Origin: Christensenellales bacterium
GTDB lineage: Bacteria; Bacillota; Clostridia; Christensenellales; CALWSW01
Length of the DNA: 64,000 nt
Direction of reading: 5' to 3'
NCBI GenBank assembly: GCA_040768925.1
Contig: JAXGLZ010000003.1
Span: 383,688-447,687 of the forward strand
The notes under the pieces are model-generated. The model was not told where the DNA came from. It saw only the letters and a program-made list of their open reading frames with translations, and made no database searches. A program made the translations under genes and the position numbers. Of the stretch, positions 14,860 to 24,783 are shown piece by piece; position 1 is the first letter of the stretch, and each line of letters starts with the position of its first letter.

Positions 14860-17331
14860 ATGAAATATTGTTCCCAATGCGGATCTAAAAACAGTGACGA
14901 ATCCAGGTTTTGTGTTCGATGCGGGGCCGCATCCGCCCCCGCTCAGCCCGTTATGCCCATGGCGCAGCCGCTTGTCGAGCGGCCGCGGAAAAAGAAAAAA
15001 GGCCAGGCAGGAGGCATCATCGCCATCTGCGCGTCGGGTCTGGCCCTTATCATGCTTTTCGCGTTCGTCATCGGGCCAATGATTTCGGGAAGAAGTATTT
15101 TCGACAATATATCGTTTTCTGACCGGGTGCTAAGCGCGGGGAGCGTCGTTGTATCGCCGGAAAAACCGATCGCGAAAATAGGCGATATCACGGTGGATTT
15201 CGGCGGCAGCCTGGCGGAAGAAGCCGAACTGCACGTGCAAACAGGCACGCAGGCATCGACGGATGAAAGATTCGCCGGTATCGACTTTTATGACTTCACA
15301 CTTGACGGAACAGACGAGTTCGCCACCTCCGTTCAGATTTCGCTGCCGAATACCGCTCAGGAAAATGAGGCTTTCTACGTAGCCTTCTATAATGATCATT
15401 CTGGGGTTTGGGAGAAGCTGCCGTTTGAAACGAAAGGGAACGAGGTGCTCTTTTCGACCCGGCACTTTTCAAGATTCGGATTGGTCAAATATCATCGCGA
15501 CCGTTACGCGGGCCCGCTGACGCCCTTGGTGGTCAATTACGATGAACTTAGAAAGGCGCTGGACGGTATAGAAAAGAATGGTTTGCTCGAACGCTTCCTC
15601 GAAGAAAAGGGGCGGATTGGGTCCGACGAACTGATCAATACCACACTGTCCCTTATGAATAATACAAATAGCTATGTATCTTTTCCCGTTTCCTACGAAG
15701 CGGCTTTGGGCGACGCCGCGGCGCTCGAGCTTTCCGATAAGCTGACGATTGTAGGCGGAGCGATTACCGCTTTGAAGATCGTCTATCAGCTGCAGGCCGG
15801 AGACACCTACACAAAAGTGCTTCAGGATAATATATTCGACCTGTGCGAGCTTGCGCTTGGCGGAGCGGCGTTAGCCATACCGACTTCTACGCTGCTGCCC
15901 GTTGCCGCCGTGGGCGTATTTTGTTTGGGGCTGGGATACAATCTTGTGCTTGTTCCGGGGTACCGGGACGATTCGTTGCAATATGCCTACCGTGCTTTCC
16001 ACGATTATTGCATGTTCCCGCACATCGCGTATGACAAAGACCGGGCTAAACTTTTGGCCGACGGCACGGGCGAAGAAACCCCTTGGGTCGCGCTTGAAAC
16101 ATACAATACAAAAAAGAAATCGTGGGAAATGGCGCATAAGGGCTACGACCTTCTAAAACTCAGGCAAGGACGCACGGAAAAATGGGAAAAAGCCCTGATG
16201 GACTGCTATACGCTGTATCAAAAAAACCCCAAGGCAATGCAAGAGCGTATCAATGCGCTGTTTGACGAATATCTCGACGTTTACTGGTCGTTAAACGAGA
16301 CGGAGCAGCTTCAGTTCGCCAAGGATTATTGCGGTATTTCGGCAGAAGACTGGCGTTGGCCGGATGTTGCCGAAACCCAGCAAATGAAGGACGCGGTAAA
16401 GGCCGAACTGATGCGGGATTTGAAGCCTGTTCTTAGGGACGTCCAGGAAACGATTGCGGAGGATATCAAACAAACGCTGATTCGCGAGACAGACGCGCTG
16501 GTCGACTATCTTAACACGGAAATCTCGTTTGTCATCGTGGATCCGGAAGCAAAAAAAGAGGGATTTGCAAATACGCGCGTTGCAAACGACATCATTCGGA
16601 TCGAACCCGTAACCGGCGCGAACCAAAGCGATTGGATATGCGAACCGGGGCGGTATGGCAAGGATATTGTTTTCAGCTGCACGCTAAACAATTACTTGAA
16701 GGAAGGCTGCCCGGATAAAGTCTGCTTTTATAAGACCGAGGCGGATATGAAAGCGGGCAAACCCTATATGACGGTACCGTTAACCGTGGAGATGCCGCTG
16801 ACCGAAATCATCTTGGGGGAACAACAGGGAATCCCGGGGGACTATTCCGTTGTTCAGCAGGACGCGGTCATTTTGTATCAAACGGCATGGCAGGTTGAAG
16901 TGAGCCTCATGTCTCAGTTCAAAGACATTACCGTTCAAAAGGACGGAACCATATCCGCAAAGGCGCCCGCTCAGACCGTTTCCTACGACGGCGTGCTCGG
17001 CTCTATGTCCCTATTTCGGGTCGATACCAGATTGGGGCCGGCGGCAATGACCGGGAAAATCGACCTGAGTACCGGGCGGGGCAGCGTTACCATATCCGGA
17101 TCCGGGACAGCCGAGCTAAACGCCCTCGGCAGCGATTACAGATGGTCCTCAGATTTCTCCGGGGAAATGTCGGTGGCCTATTCGGAGGGGCGGCTGACTT
17201 TTACGAGCGACGATTCGAACAAAGCCGTTCACGTTTCCGGCTCCTATACCGTCGATGACGGCGACCAGGAGGCAGCCACCGATGAAATGCTCATAGGGAA
17301 ATATGTTTATCAAAAAAAGGGCAATCCTTGA
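14860..17331 (+). CDS. Zinc-ribbon membrane-anchored protein, large uncharacterised ectodomain
   Basis: MKYCSQCGSKNSDESRFCVRCG (Zn-ribbon), Lys-rich linker, TM helix GGIIAICASGLALIMLFAFVIG, then ~750 aa with no motif I recognise. Confidence 0.6.
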   Translation: MKYCSQCGSKNSDESRFCVRCGAASAPAQPVMPMAQPLVERPRKKKKGQAGGIIAICASGLALIMLFAFVIGPMISGRSIFDNISFSDRVLSAGSVVVSPEKPIAKIGDITVDFGGSLAEEAELHVQTGTQASTDERFAGIDFYDFTLDGTDEFATSVQISLPNTAQENEAFYVAFYNDHSGVWEKLPFETKGNEVLFSTRHFSRFGLVKYHRDRYAGPLTPLVVNYDELRKALDGIEKNGLLERFLEEKGRIGSDELINTTLSLMNNTNSYVSFPVSYEAALGDAAALELSDKLTIVGGAITALKIVYQLQAGDTYTKVLQDNIFDLCELALGGAALAIPTSTLLPVAAVGVFCLGLGYNLVLVPGYRDDSLQYAYRAFHDYCMFPHIAYDKDRAKLLADGTGEETPWVALETYNTKKKSWEMAHKGYDLLKLRQGRTEKWEKALMDCYTLYQKNPKAMQERINALFDEYLDVYWSLNETEQLQFAKDYCGISAEDWRWPDVAETQQMKDAVKAELMRDLKPVLRDVQETIAEDIKQTLIRETDALVDYLNTEISFVIVDPEAKKEGFANTRVANDIIRIEPVTGANQSDWICEPGRYGKDIVFSCTLNNYLKEGCPDKVCFYKTEADMKAGKPYMTVPLTVEMPLTEIILGEQQGIPGDYSVVQQDAVILYQTAWQVEVSLMSQFKDITVQKDGTISAKAPAQTVSYDGVLGSMSLFRVDTRLGPAAMTGKIDLSTGRGSVTISGSGTAELNALGSDYRWSSDFSGEMSVAYSEGRLTFTSDDSNKAVHVSGSYTVDDGDQEAATDEMLIGKYVYQKKGNP

Positions 17332-17427
17332 GCGGCATTCAATAAGGCCGAAGCAGTCAAACAGGAAAACGGCAGAATGGCGGAGCATGGTACATCGCGC
17401 CTTATCAAAGCGCCAGGGAGGTAACAG

Positions 17428-18501
17428 GTGAATCGTATCTGTACGAATTGCGGCAGACCGCTGAGAACCGGGCTGCAAAACTGCAGTTTCTGCGGGGCAG
17501 CGCTTTCACGCGAACCATCGCGCTCCCAGCCGGCGCATGCCAAGGCGTCTTTGCTTGGGCGTGTTGCGGTCTTCACCGCGGTCATCGTTATCGCCGTTTG
17601 CACCGCTTTGTATTTTCTTTTCTTCGCGGCGCCGCCGGTGCAAAAGCTGTCCGCCATGGCGCTGCCCGCCAATGCCGTTTCAGACCCGCCATACGAACCG
17701 CCAACGCCCACAGCGTCCCCTGCGCCGCAGCAGGGTCAGCAGGATATGGAAGAGCATGTGATTACCGTGAACATGGAATATGACAGCGGCGAAGGCGTCT
17801 ATACCGGCGAGCTCAAAGACGGCGTCCCGCACGGGCAAGGCAGCTTTACCATGCAAAAAAGCGAAAGCGGCCTTGAATGGAGCTATCAGGGGCAGTGGGA
17901 AAACGGCGAAATCACCGGGCAGGGTGTTCTGGAGCAGCCGCCGTTCGTATTTAAGGGCGGGTTTCGCAGCGGATTGCTGGACGGCGCGTGCACGGTTACC
18001 GACAACGGCATATTGCGTTACCAGGGCATGTGCAAAGACGGAAAACTGCATGGCGAAGGCACGCTGTACACGCAAAGCGGCAGGTTTCTTTTTAGCGGAT
18101 CGTTTGAAAGAGACATGATCGTCGAGAGCGCGATTGCCCGGCAAACCCGCGGCGAGGCATTCGCGCAGGATTGCGACGGTATGGACGAACAGCTGTATGC
18201 GGACTGTTTTATAAACGAAAAAACCTTTGGTTATCCCGTTGCCGTGTGGGGGTACCCTATCGCGATGAGCGAACAAAAAGCAAACGGCACAATCGTGATT
18301 GGTCGTATGGGCGAGAATGAGTATCCGGTCTGCCTGGTCTATCGTTACGGTACAGATGAACCGAAAATGGCAAGGGACGACTGGATCAACGCCTGGGGCG
18401 TTGTCGTCGGCATCTATGAGTATATGGATGCGGATGGGCTGACGGTCGCCTGCCCGAAAGTGGAGGTCGTTTATTGGAGAAGCGAGCGGAACGGGTTCTG
18501 A
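17428..18501 (+). CDS. Zinc-ribbon membrane-anchored MORN-repeat protein
   Basis: ICTNCGRPLRTGLQNCSFCG, TM VAVFTAVIVIAVCTALYFLFF, then MORN-like repeats (YTGELKDGVPHGQG, YQGQWENGEITGQG, YQGMCKDGKLHGEG). GTG start follows a GGGAGG RBS. Confidence 0.65.
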   Translation: MNRICTNCGRPLRTGLQNCSFCGAALSREPSRSQPAHAKASLLGRVAVFTAVIVIAVCTALYFLFFAAPPVQKLSAMALPANAVSDPPYEPPTPTASPAPQQGQQDMEEHVITVNMEYDSGEGVYTGELKDGVPHGQGSFTMQKSESGLEWSYQGQWENGEITGQGVLEQPPFVFKGGFRSGLLDGACTVTDNGILRYQGMCKDGKLHGEGTLYTQSGRFLFSGSFERDMIVESAIARQTRGEAFAQDCDGMDEQLYADCFINEKTFGYPVAVWGYPIAMSEQKANGTIVIGRMGENEYPVCLVYRYGTDEPKMARDDWINAWGVVVGIYEYMDADGLTVACPKVEVVYWRSERNGF

Positions 18502-18770
18502 CACAGCAATACGTGCAAAGGAGAATCAACCGCGGCAGCTTTTCGCCCCCGCACATTTGCTTCGGCATCCTTGGGCAAAATGCATTCGCGCTGCGGGAAT
18601 TCTCCGCAGCGCTTCGGATTTTACGGGCGGCTCCGCGCGGCATGCCGGTGCCGGGGGGCGGGAATTCCTATTTGCAGTTTCTGTTGTTTGCGGATGAAAA
18701 AGTCGCAAAGGCCGCTGGATGGAATTATTTTACCGCAAGAGGTTCCTTCGTACAGTCAAAGTAATTATCC

Positions 18771-20375
18771 TTAACGCTTTTTAATAGTTCCAGCACATAT
18801 TTCTTCTCGCCGATGACCACCGGCGTCGCAAAAACGAAAAATGGATTTCCCCGCTCCCTGGTCCAACTTTACAAAGGCCCTGCCTTGGTCCAGCGCCATG
18901 CGGGAAACGCACGTTTCGCAGGATTGTTTTCTGTTCCAGCAATGATAGCAGATATCTTCATCAACCTTGCCGCTCGGCTGCATCCCCCACGCGATATTTA
19001 AGTCCGGATCGACGATTCGGCCCAAGTCAAACACGCCGGGAAACGATTCCATCGCCTGACAAAGCTGATCCGCCAGCGCGCGCAGAATATCTTTTGATCG
19101 CGCATCTTCGCCGGAGGAGCTGGCAATGGCCTTTGCATACTCCGAAGGCGTCATCCCGGTGTGCTGCTTAAAAACTTTAGAAAAATGATTGCTGTATGCA
19201 TAGCCAACCTTGGAAGAAAGTTCGGCGATACTGATCGTTGATTTTAAAAGGATCTTTTTGCTTTCCTCCATCCTGACCCTGTTGATGATATCTGTTACGC
19301 TTGAACCCGTTTCTTTTTTTATGATGCCGGACAAATAGAACTTGCTGAGATTGGTTTCTTTTGCAAGCCTTTCCAGCGTGATTTTTTCTGCGTAATGCTG
19401 CTCAATGTATTCGACTGCCAGGCGCACATGCTTTGAATACCCGCTGATACGGGTTGAGGCGGCGTACCTTGTGAGGGTTTTCAGGCCTGATTTCACAAGG
19501 GCATACATGTCGCTTACATTTTCCGTGCCTTCAAGTTCGCTGATGATCTGTTCGGAGAACCCCCTGGTTTTGTCATAAGAGACCCCCGCCTCGATCGCAA
19601 AAAAACTGCACATCGCGCAGCCTTCGATCAACCTGTTTTTGATGGAACGCACGATATCCTTTGAGGCGTGCTGATCCATCTGTATGTTTTTATCATTGAT
19701 TGTGCCAAAGGCTTCGAGCAGCGCTTCCGTATTTCCCTTCGAGATGGCGTCTTTGATCTTGAGATAGGTGGCGTGACCGCAATGCCTGTCGTCGGACAGG
19801 GTCTTTTGCTTTTGATGGAACTGCTTGCCCGGCTGAAGAAGCTGATAAAGGATGGGATCCGTTTCACCGCCGCAAACGACTTGGTGGAATCGGTCCGGCG
19901 CCAATACGGATTGAGACAGCAAGCTCAAAACTTCTCCGATCGGTATGATCCTGTCGTGTGGAACAACCGGCGCCCTCAGCAATGCCGATACATAGGCCGA
20001 ACGCTCTATGGAGGTCTGCGCAACGCCCTCCGGTTTTGCTTCGATGTCGGAACTTTTGCAGGCGTTTAAGGAAAACGGCTGGGTAACCGCCGCCCCGCGG
20101 CATGTGTTCCCCTCAGTAAACAGGGAAATGTTACAAACAAAATTGTAGTTCAGATAATAGGTATAAAAACTCTTTGATGCGCCGCTTTCTTTCGCAAACA
20201 CATCCTTGAGAAAAGTTTCAACCTTTCCCATGCTGATCCTGAGAAAATCCGCATACATGTGTTCTTGAAAGCGGCAGAAGGTGACATTCATTTTGCAGTC
20301 AAAAAAAATCGCCCCAATTTGAGTAGCCCTGTAAAAAGTCCCTAAAAGCCGTTCAATCTTTTCTTCTTCTCCCAT
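18771..20375 (-). CDS. AraC-family transcriptional regulator with extra C-terminal Cys-rich module (3' end apparently frameshifted)
   Basis: AraC HTH pair: ITLERLAKETNLSKFYLSGIIKKETG ... IAELSSKVGYAYSNHFSKVFKQHTGMTPSEY. The C-terminal module contains CYHCWNRKQSCETCVS. Confidence 0.8.
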   Translation of the reverse strand: MGEEEKIERLLGTFYRATQIGAIFFDCKMNVTFCRFQEHMYADFLRISMGKVETFLKDVFAKESGASKSFYTYYLNYNFVCNISLFTEGNTCRGAAVTQPFSLNACKSSDIEAKPEGVAQTSIERSAYVSALLRAPVVPHDRIIPIGEVLSLLSQSVLAPDRFHQVVCGGETDPILYQLLQPGKQFHQKQKTLSDDRHCGHATYLKIKDAISKGNTEALLEAFGTINDKNIQMDQHASKDIVRSIKNRLIEGCAMCSFFAIEAGVSYDKTRGFSEQIISELEGTENVSDMYALVKSGLKTLTRYAASTRISGYSKHVRLAVEYIEQHYAEKITLERLAKETNLSKFYLSGIIKKETGSSVTDIINRVRMEESKKILLKSTISIAELSSKVGYAYSNHFSKVFKQHTGMTPSEYAKAIASSSGEDARSKDILRALADQLCQAMESFPGVFDLGRIVDPDLNIAWGMQPSGKVDEDICYHCWNRKQSCETCVSRMALDQGRAFVKLDQGAGKSIFRFCDAGGHRREEICAGTIKKR

Positions 20376-20727
20376 AGTACGTCTGCCATCCTTCCTGCCG
20401 AAATACGCCGAGCTTTCATTGTTATTCTACTCGAAATTTGCAAAAAAGAAAACAATAACAATATTTTATCCACAAATGCAATTTCATATCTGCATAATCG
20501 GAACGCGCCATTAATAATTGCCGGTCGCGTTCGATATCTAAACTGAATGGTCTTTGATCAAATGCCTGAACACATACGCGTATGTGCATAGGGCAGAAAA
20601 AACCTGCCGGAATAACAGTGTTTGCGGGTTCGTTCCCGTCCGTCTTCACAGGATCAGGGGCGCTGCCCGCCCAAACGGTTTTGGTATTGGCCCGGCGGTA
20701 AAGAAAAGCAAGAAAGGTGGATCTTTT

Positions 20728-23700
20728 GTGGAGCAGCTGACGTTGTTTTTTTCGCTGTTATTTTTTTGCGCCTTCGCCATTTATCTGTTTTCCGGGGCGT
20801 ATATGATCCATATCAACTCGAAAGCGGCCTTGAACCGGGTGTTTTTTGCGATATGCGTTTCGCTGTGCTTCTGGTCTTTGGGATTTGCAATCGCGAACTC
20901 CGCCTCCACGGTCGAAATGTGCATCGTATGGAGAAGGGTTTCCGCCGTCGGCTGGGGCACCGTCTACAGCCTGCTGCTGCATTTTTTGCTGCTGCTCACC
21001 GGCGGCAGCCGTTCGCACAGACGGTGGAACCTGCGCTGGCTGCTGTATCTGCCCGCCGTTGTTTGCCTTTATTTCTTTGTCATTCACAACGAAACCGCGG
21101 TTGGCCAATACAATCTGGTCAAAATGAGCTATGGCTGGATCAATACGTCGCATCAGGACGCCTTGTCGATGTTTTTCAATGTTTATTACATCGGCTATGT
21201 GCTTGCCGGGCTTGTCGTCGTCTGGCGGTGGAAACGCAGCTCGGGCGAGTTTGGCGTTCGCCGGCAGGCCAATTTGATTTTCCTTTCCATAGGCATCACC
21301 CTCTTGCTGGGGAGCTTGACGGATGTTGTTCTGAGCGCGACCCTCAAAGGGCCCGTTCCGCAAATGGCGCCCGTGTTTACCCTTTTGCCGGTCGGGGTCA
21401 TTTACTATTGCATGTGGCGCTATAGTCTGATGAAAAAACCAGCGCGCAGCGACGATGAGCTGATCCTCAACAGCGAAACCCGTTCAAAGCTGTATAACAA
21501 TTTGGCCTTCGCGTTTTTAATCGGCGCGGTCGCCTGCGGCTTGGTCTACTTTCTGCCGCATATGGTGAATGGCGAAAAAAGCATGAAAGCCATGCTCTAT
21601 ACAAGCGGATTATTGTTTTTTTTAGGCATCGCCACCCTGCTGACCCAGTTTGTAAAGAATGAAAAAGCGAAAGAAACGATCATCGTAACGGCCATGATCT
21701 TTAGCATTCCCGTCATCACCCTTCAATTTACTGACTATGCCAGCATAACGGTCTGGGTTTTTCCATTGGTGCTGATGGTCGCCTGCCTGCTGTTCAATAC
21801 GCGTGTGCCTTTGATTTTGCTGACCGTTGTATCGGTTGCCACCCAGGTGTTTGTTTGGATGCTCGCACCCCGGGGCGCGATAAACCTGGATGAATTCGAC
21901 TATGTTATGAGGGCCAGCATTTTTGGCATTGCGTTTTTAGTGGGCTCCTTTGTGAACCGGACCTACGTCAAAAGAATGGAGGAAAATACTTACCAAATCA
22001 ATTTCCAGGCGCTGATTTCGGCCGTCTCTTATGAATTTGTCAGCATCAGCCAAGGAAGTCTGGATGAAAAAATCAATGCGATGCTCGATAAGGTCGGCCG
22101 GTTTTTCCAAGTGGATCGAACCTATATTTTTCTGATCGATCAGCAGCAGCAAACCATGACTTATGCCTACGAGTGGTGCAACGGGGGAATCACTCCCGAA
22201 ACCGAGGCGATCCAGGACGTCCCGCTGGATGTGTTTCCCTGGTGGATGGAGGGGCTCAATACCGACAAGCTGGTCTACATCGAGGACGTAAGCAAGCTTC
22301 CGGCGGAAGCCAGCGCAGAGAAAGAGCAGCTCACCCAGCAGGGGGTGAAATCCGCGGTTGTTATTCCCATCGAAGAAAACGGCGTGCTGTTGGGGTTTTT
22401 GGGCCTTGATTCCGTGGTGGCGATCAAAAAATGGTCCCGCTACCATATTGATCTGCTTAAAATCTTATCCAACCTGCTGACCGACGGCTTTATCAAAATC
22501 AGATCCGAAAAAGCGATTAAATACATGGCTTATTACGATCATTTGACGGGTCTTCCCAACCGCACCCTGTTTTCGGACCGCCTTGTTCAGGCGATTCATC
22601 TCGCCAAGCGAACCGAGCGGTTTGTTGGCGTCGTATTCTTAGATCTGGACAGTTTTAAGACGATCAACGACACGATGGGGCACAGCGGCGGAGACGCCAT
22701 TCTCAGGGAAGTTTCGAAGGGCTTGACACAGCGCCTGCGCAAAACGGATACCATTGCCCGCTTTGGCGGGGACGAGTTCTTGATCTTGGTCAACAATCTT
22801 GCGAATGAAATGGATATGGCCAGAATTGCCGATAACATCATGGAGATGTTTGCGCATCCTTTCAATGTAGAGGATCAGGAGTTCTTTATTACCGGCAGCG
22901 CGGGCGTGGCCGTTTACCCCTTTGACGGAGAAGACGCGGAAACACTGATCAAAAACGCCGACATCGCAATGTATATCGCGAAGGAGCAGGGTAAAAACCA
23001 ATATATATTGTGCACCAACGATATGAAGGAAGAAGTGAAAAAGAATATCAGGCTCTCTAATCAACTGCACAGGGTGCAGGAGCGAAATGAGCTTGCCGTC
23101 TATTATCAGCCCCAGGTAAGGCTGAGCACGGGCGAGATCGTCGGGCTGGAGGCGCTGCTTCGCTGGCGGCATCCGGATATGGGGATGATCCCTCCCAAGG
23201 CGTTTATTCCGCTTGCCGAAATGAACGGCACGATCAACAGCATTGGTGAATGGGTGCTAAAAACAGCAGTCTATCAAAATAAACGCTGGCAGCAGATGGG
23301 GTTCCCCCATTTGCGCATTGCCGTCAATCTGTCTGTCATCCAATTCGGCAATCCGAACTTTGTCTCCAATATGGACAAACTCCTGAAGGAATCCGGCCTG
23401 GATCCCAAATACCTTGAGCTGGAGATTACAGAAAGCGTCGCAACGAAAGAAGGCACGCATATCGTAGAGGCTCTAAACAAGCTCAAACAGTTGGGCGTAT
23501 CCATTTCCATCGATGATTTCGGCACGGAATACTCCTCCCTCAACCGCCTGAAGGCGCTTCCCATCGACCGGATCAAAATCGATATGCAGTTTATTCAGGG
23601 GATTGAGAGAAGCGAAAAAGATCAGGCGATCACGAAGATCATCATCAATTTGGCAAAAAGCCTCGGGCTTGAGGTGTTGGCGGAGGGCGTGGAGACCATG

Positions 23701-23832
23701 CCCCAGCTCGAGTTCCTCAACCAGAAAATGTGCGATGATGTTCAAGGATTTTATTATTACAAACCGATGCCCGCGGACGAGATCGAGAAACTGTTCCACA
23801 GTTTTCAAGGCGCTTCAAAGGCCGGTTCGTAA
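20728..23832 (+). CDS. Multi-pass membrane sensor with GAF-like, GGDEF and EAL domains (c-di-GMP turnover)
   Basis: About 12 hydrophobic segments, then YYDHLTGLPNR...RFGGDEFLIL (GGDEF) and EALLRWRHP...DDFGTEYSSL...EGVET (EAL). GTG 20728 follows AAAGGTGG; the ORF-track start at 20554 seems too early. Confidence 0.85.
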   Translation: MEQLTLFFSLLFFCAFAIYLFSGAYMIHINSKAALNRVFFAICVSLCFWSLGFAIANSASTVEMCIVWRRVSAVGWGTVYSLLLHFLLLLTGGSRSHRRWNLRWLLYLPAVVCLYFFVIHNETAVGQYNLVKMSYGWINTSHQDALSMFFNVYYIGYVLAGLVVVWRWKRSSGEFGVRRQANLIFLSIGITLLLGSLTDVVLSATLKGPVPQMAPVFTLLPVGVIYYCMWRYSLMKKPARSDDELILNSETRSKLYNNLAFAFLIGAVACGLVYFLPHMVNGEKSMKAMLYTSGLLFFLGIATLLTQFVKNEKAKETIIVTAMIFSIPVITLQFTDYASITVWVFPLVLMVACLLFNTRVPLILLTVVSVATQVFVWMLAPRGAINLDEFDYVMRASIFGIAFLVGSFVNRTYVKRMEENTYQINFQALISAVSYEFVSISQGSLDEKINAMLDKVGRFFQVDRTYIFLIDQQQQTMTYAYEWCNGGITPETEAIQDVPLDVFPWWMEGLNTDKLVYIEDVSKLPAEASAEKEQLTQQGVKSAVVIPIEENGVLLGFLGLDSVVAIKKWSRYHIDLLKILSNLLTDGFIKIRSEKAIKYMAYYDHLTGLPNRTLFSDRLVQAIHLAKRTERFVGVVFLDLDSFKTINDTMGHSGGDAILREVSKGLTQRLRKTDTIARFGGDEFLILVNNLANEMDMARIADNIMEMFAHPFNVEDQEFFITGSAGVAVYPFDGEDAETLIKNADIAMYIAKEQGKNQYILCTNDMKEEVKKNIRLSNQLHRVQERNELAVYYQPQVRLSTGEIVGLEALLRWRHPDMGMIPPKAFIPLAEMNGTINSIGEWVLKTAVYQNKRWQQMGFPHLRIAVNLSVIQFGNPNFVSNMDKLLKESGLDPKYLELEITESVATKEGTHIVEALNKLKQLGVSISIDDFGTEYSSLNRLKALPIDRIKIDMQFIQGIERSEKDQAITKIIINLAKSLGLEVLAEGVETMPQLEFLNQKMCDDVQGFYYYKPMPADEIEKLFHSFQGASKAGS

Positions 23833-23840
23833 GGCATATA

Positions 23841-23876
23841 AAAAAACCTGCTGCCACGCGGTTTGCAGGTTTTTTG
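23841..23876 (+). terminator. Rho-independent terminator
   Basis: AAACCTGC pairs with GCAGGTTT, with an A run before and TTTTT after. Confidence 0.7.
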
Positions 23877-24174
23877 CTGTTAAAACGATTAGTTATATTG
23901 AATGGCAAGACCCGCCCAATCAGGGCGTTTCGGCAGCAAAACAGAGATCGGGCAAACCCGCCCCACGTTGGCGGCCAGGGTGACGGCGGCGTTGCGGATA
24001 TGCGGTGAAAACAGCGGCGCGTTTTTCGTGCCGGTCACCGCATTGGCCCGCGCGCCGCCGGCGCGGCCGCCTTCGGCGCCAGCCGGGCGGGCGTCTTGCT
24101 TTGCGATCCCCGGCCTTTGACCGATTCCGCATAATCTCACCCCCTGCGGGCAGCCTAAATCAGAGGTGAATCCC

Positions 24175-24315
24175 ATGAGCCCCAAGAAAAAACGGCTTGC
24201 CGCGGACGGGAATCTCGAAAGGCCCGTTTCGGACGCGTATCCGGTGATCGACACCGACCTTGCGCGGGATAATATCGAGAACGACCTGCCCGACGCAGAT
24301 CTGCGGGACCTATGA
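24175..24315 (+). CDS. Small (46 aa) acidic hypothetical protein
   Basis: AGAGGTG RBS 6 nt before the ATG. Sequence MSPKKKRLAADGNLERPVSDAYPVIDTDLARDNIENDLPDADLRDL. A strong terminator starts 6 nt after the stop. It is below the 60-aa ORF-track cutoff. Confidence 0.4.
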   Translation: MSPKKKRLAADGNLERPVSDAYPVIDTDLARDNIENDLPDADLRDL

Positions 24316-24320
24316 TCCTT

Positions 24321-24349
24321 GCCGCCCAAACGGGCGGCTTATTCTTTTT
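24321..24349 (+). terminator. Rho-independent terminator
   Basis: GCCGCCC-AAAC-GGGCGGC followed by TTATTCTTTTT. Confidence 0.7.
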
Positions 24350-24783
24350 GCGGGGCTGTGCGAAGCGCCGCAATCACCCTCCTATCATCCGCCAAAGAAA
24401 ACGGAAAATGGCCGCGCAGCCGACCGCGAATCGAAAAATCCCTGCGTTTCCCCGCTTGGTTTGAATGGGAATATGGGCCTTACGCCGGAGCAGCCATAAA
24501 ACCCATAACGCCGCCTCCATCCGTAACGCCGCCCCAGACGGATACTCTCCTCGACGTTCCTGCGACCGGCGGCGGCTCCCCGCTGTGGCTCGTTCTGATG
24601 GCGCCGGGCGCGCTGCTTGGCGCCCCGCCGCTGCTGCCGCGGCGCAGGCCGAAACGTGCAAGATAGAACGGGCGTATCCACGGCGCGTTCCTTCGACGCG
24701 CGTGCGGCAGCCCGAAAAGTTACAAAAAAAGCCGCTCGGCCGGGCAAATCGTTCCGGGTGAGGGCTTTTTTCTTTTATACCCG

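Noticed and set aside
20554-20727. An N-terminal extension of the GGDEF-EAL gene from the ORF-track start at 20554.
   Set aside because: The extension is basic and low-complexity (…CRNNSVCGFVPVRLHRIRGAARPNGFG…) with no RBS. GTG 20728 is preceded by AAAGGTGG and starts directly at the first TM helix.
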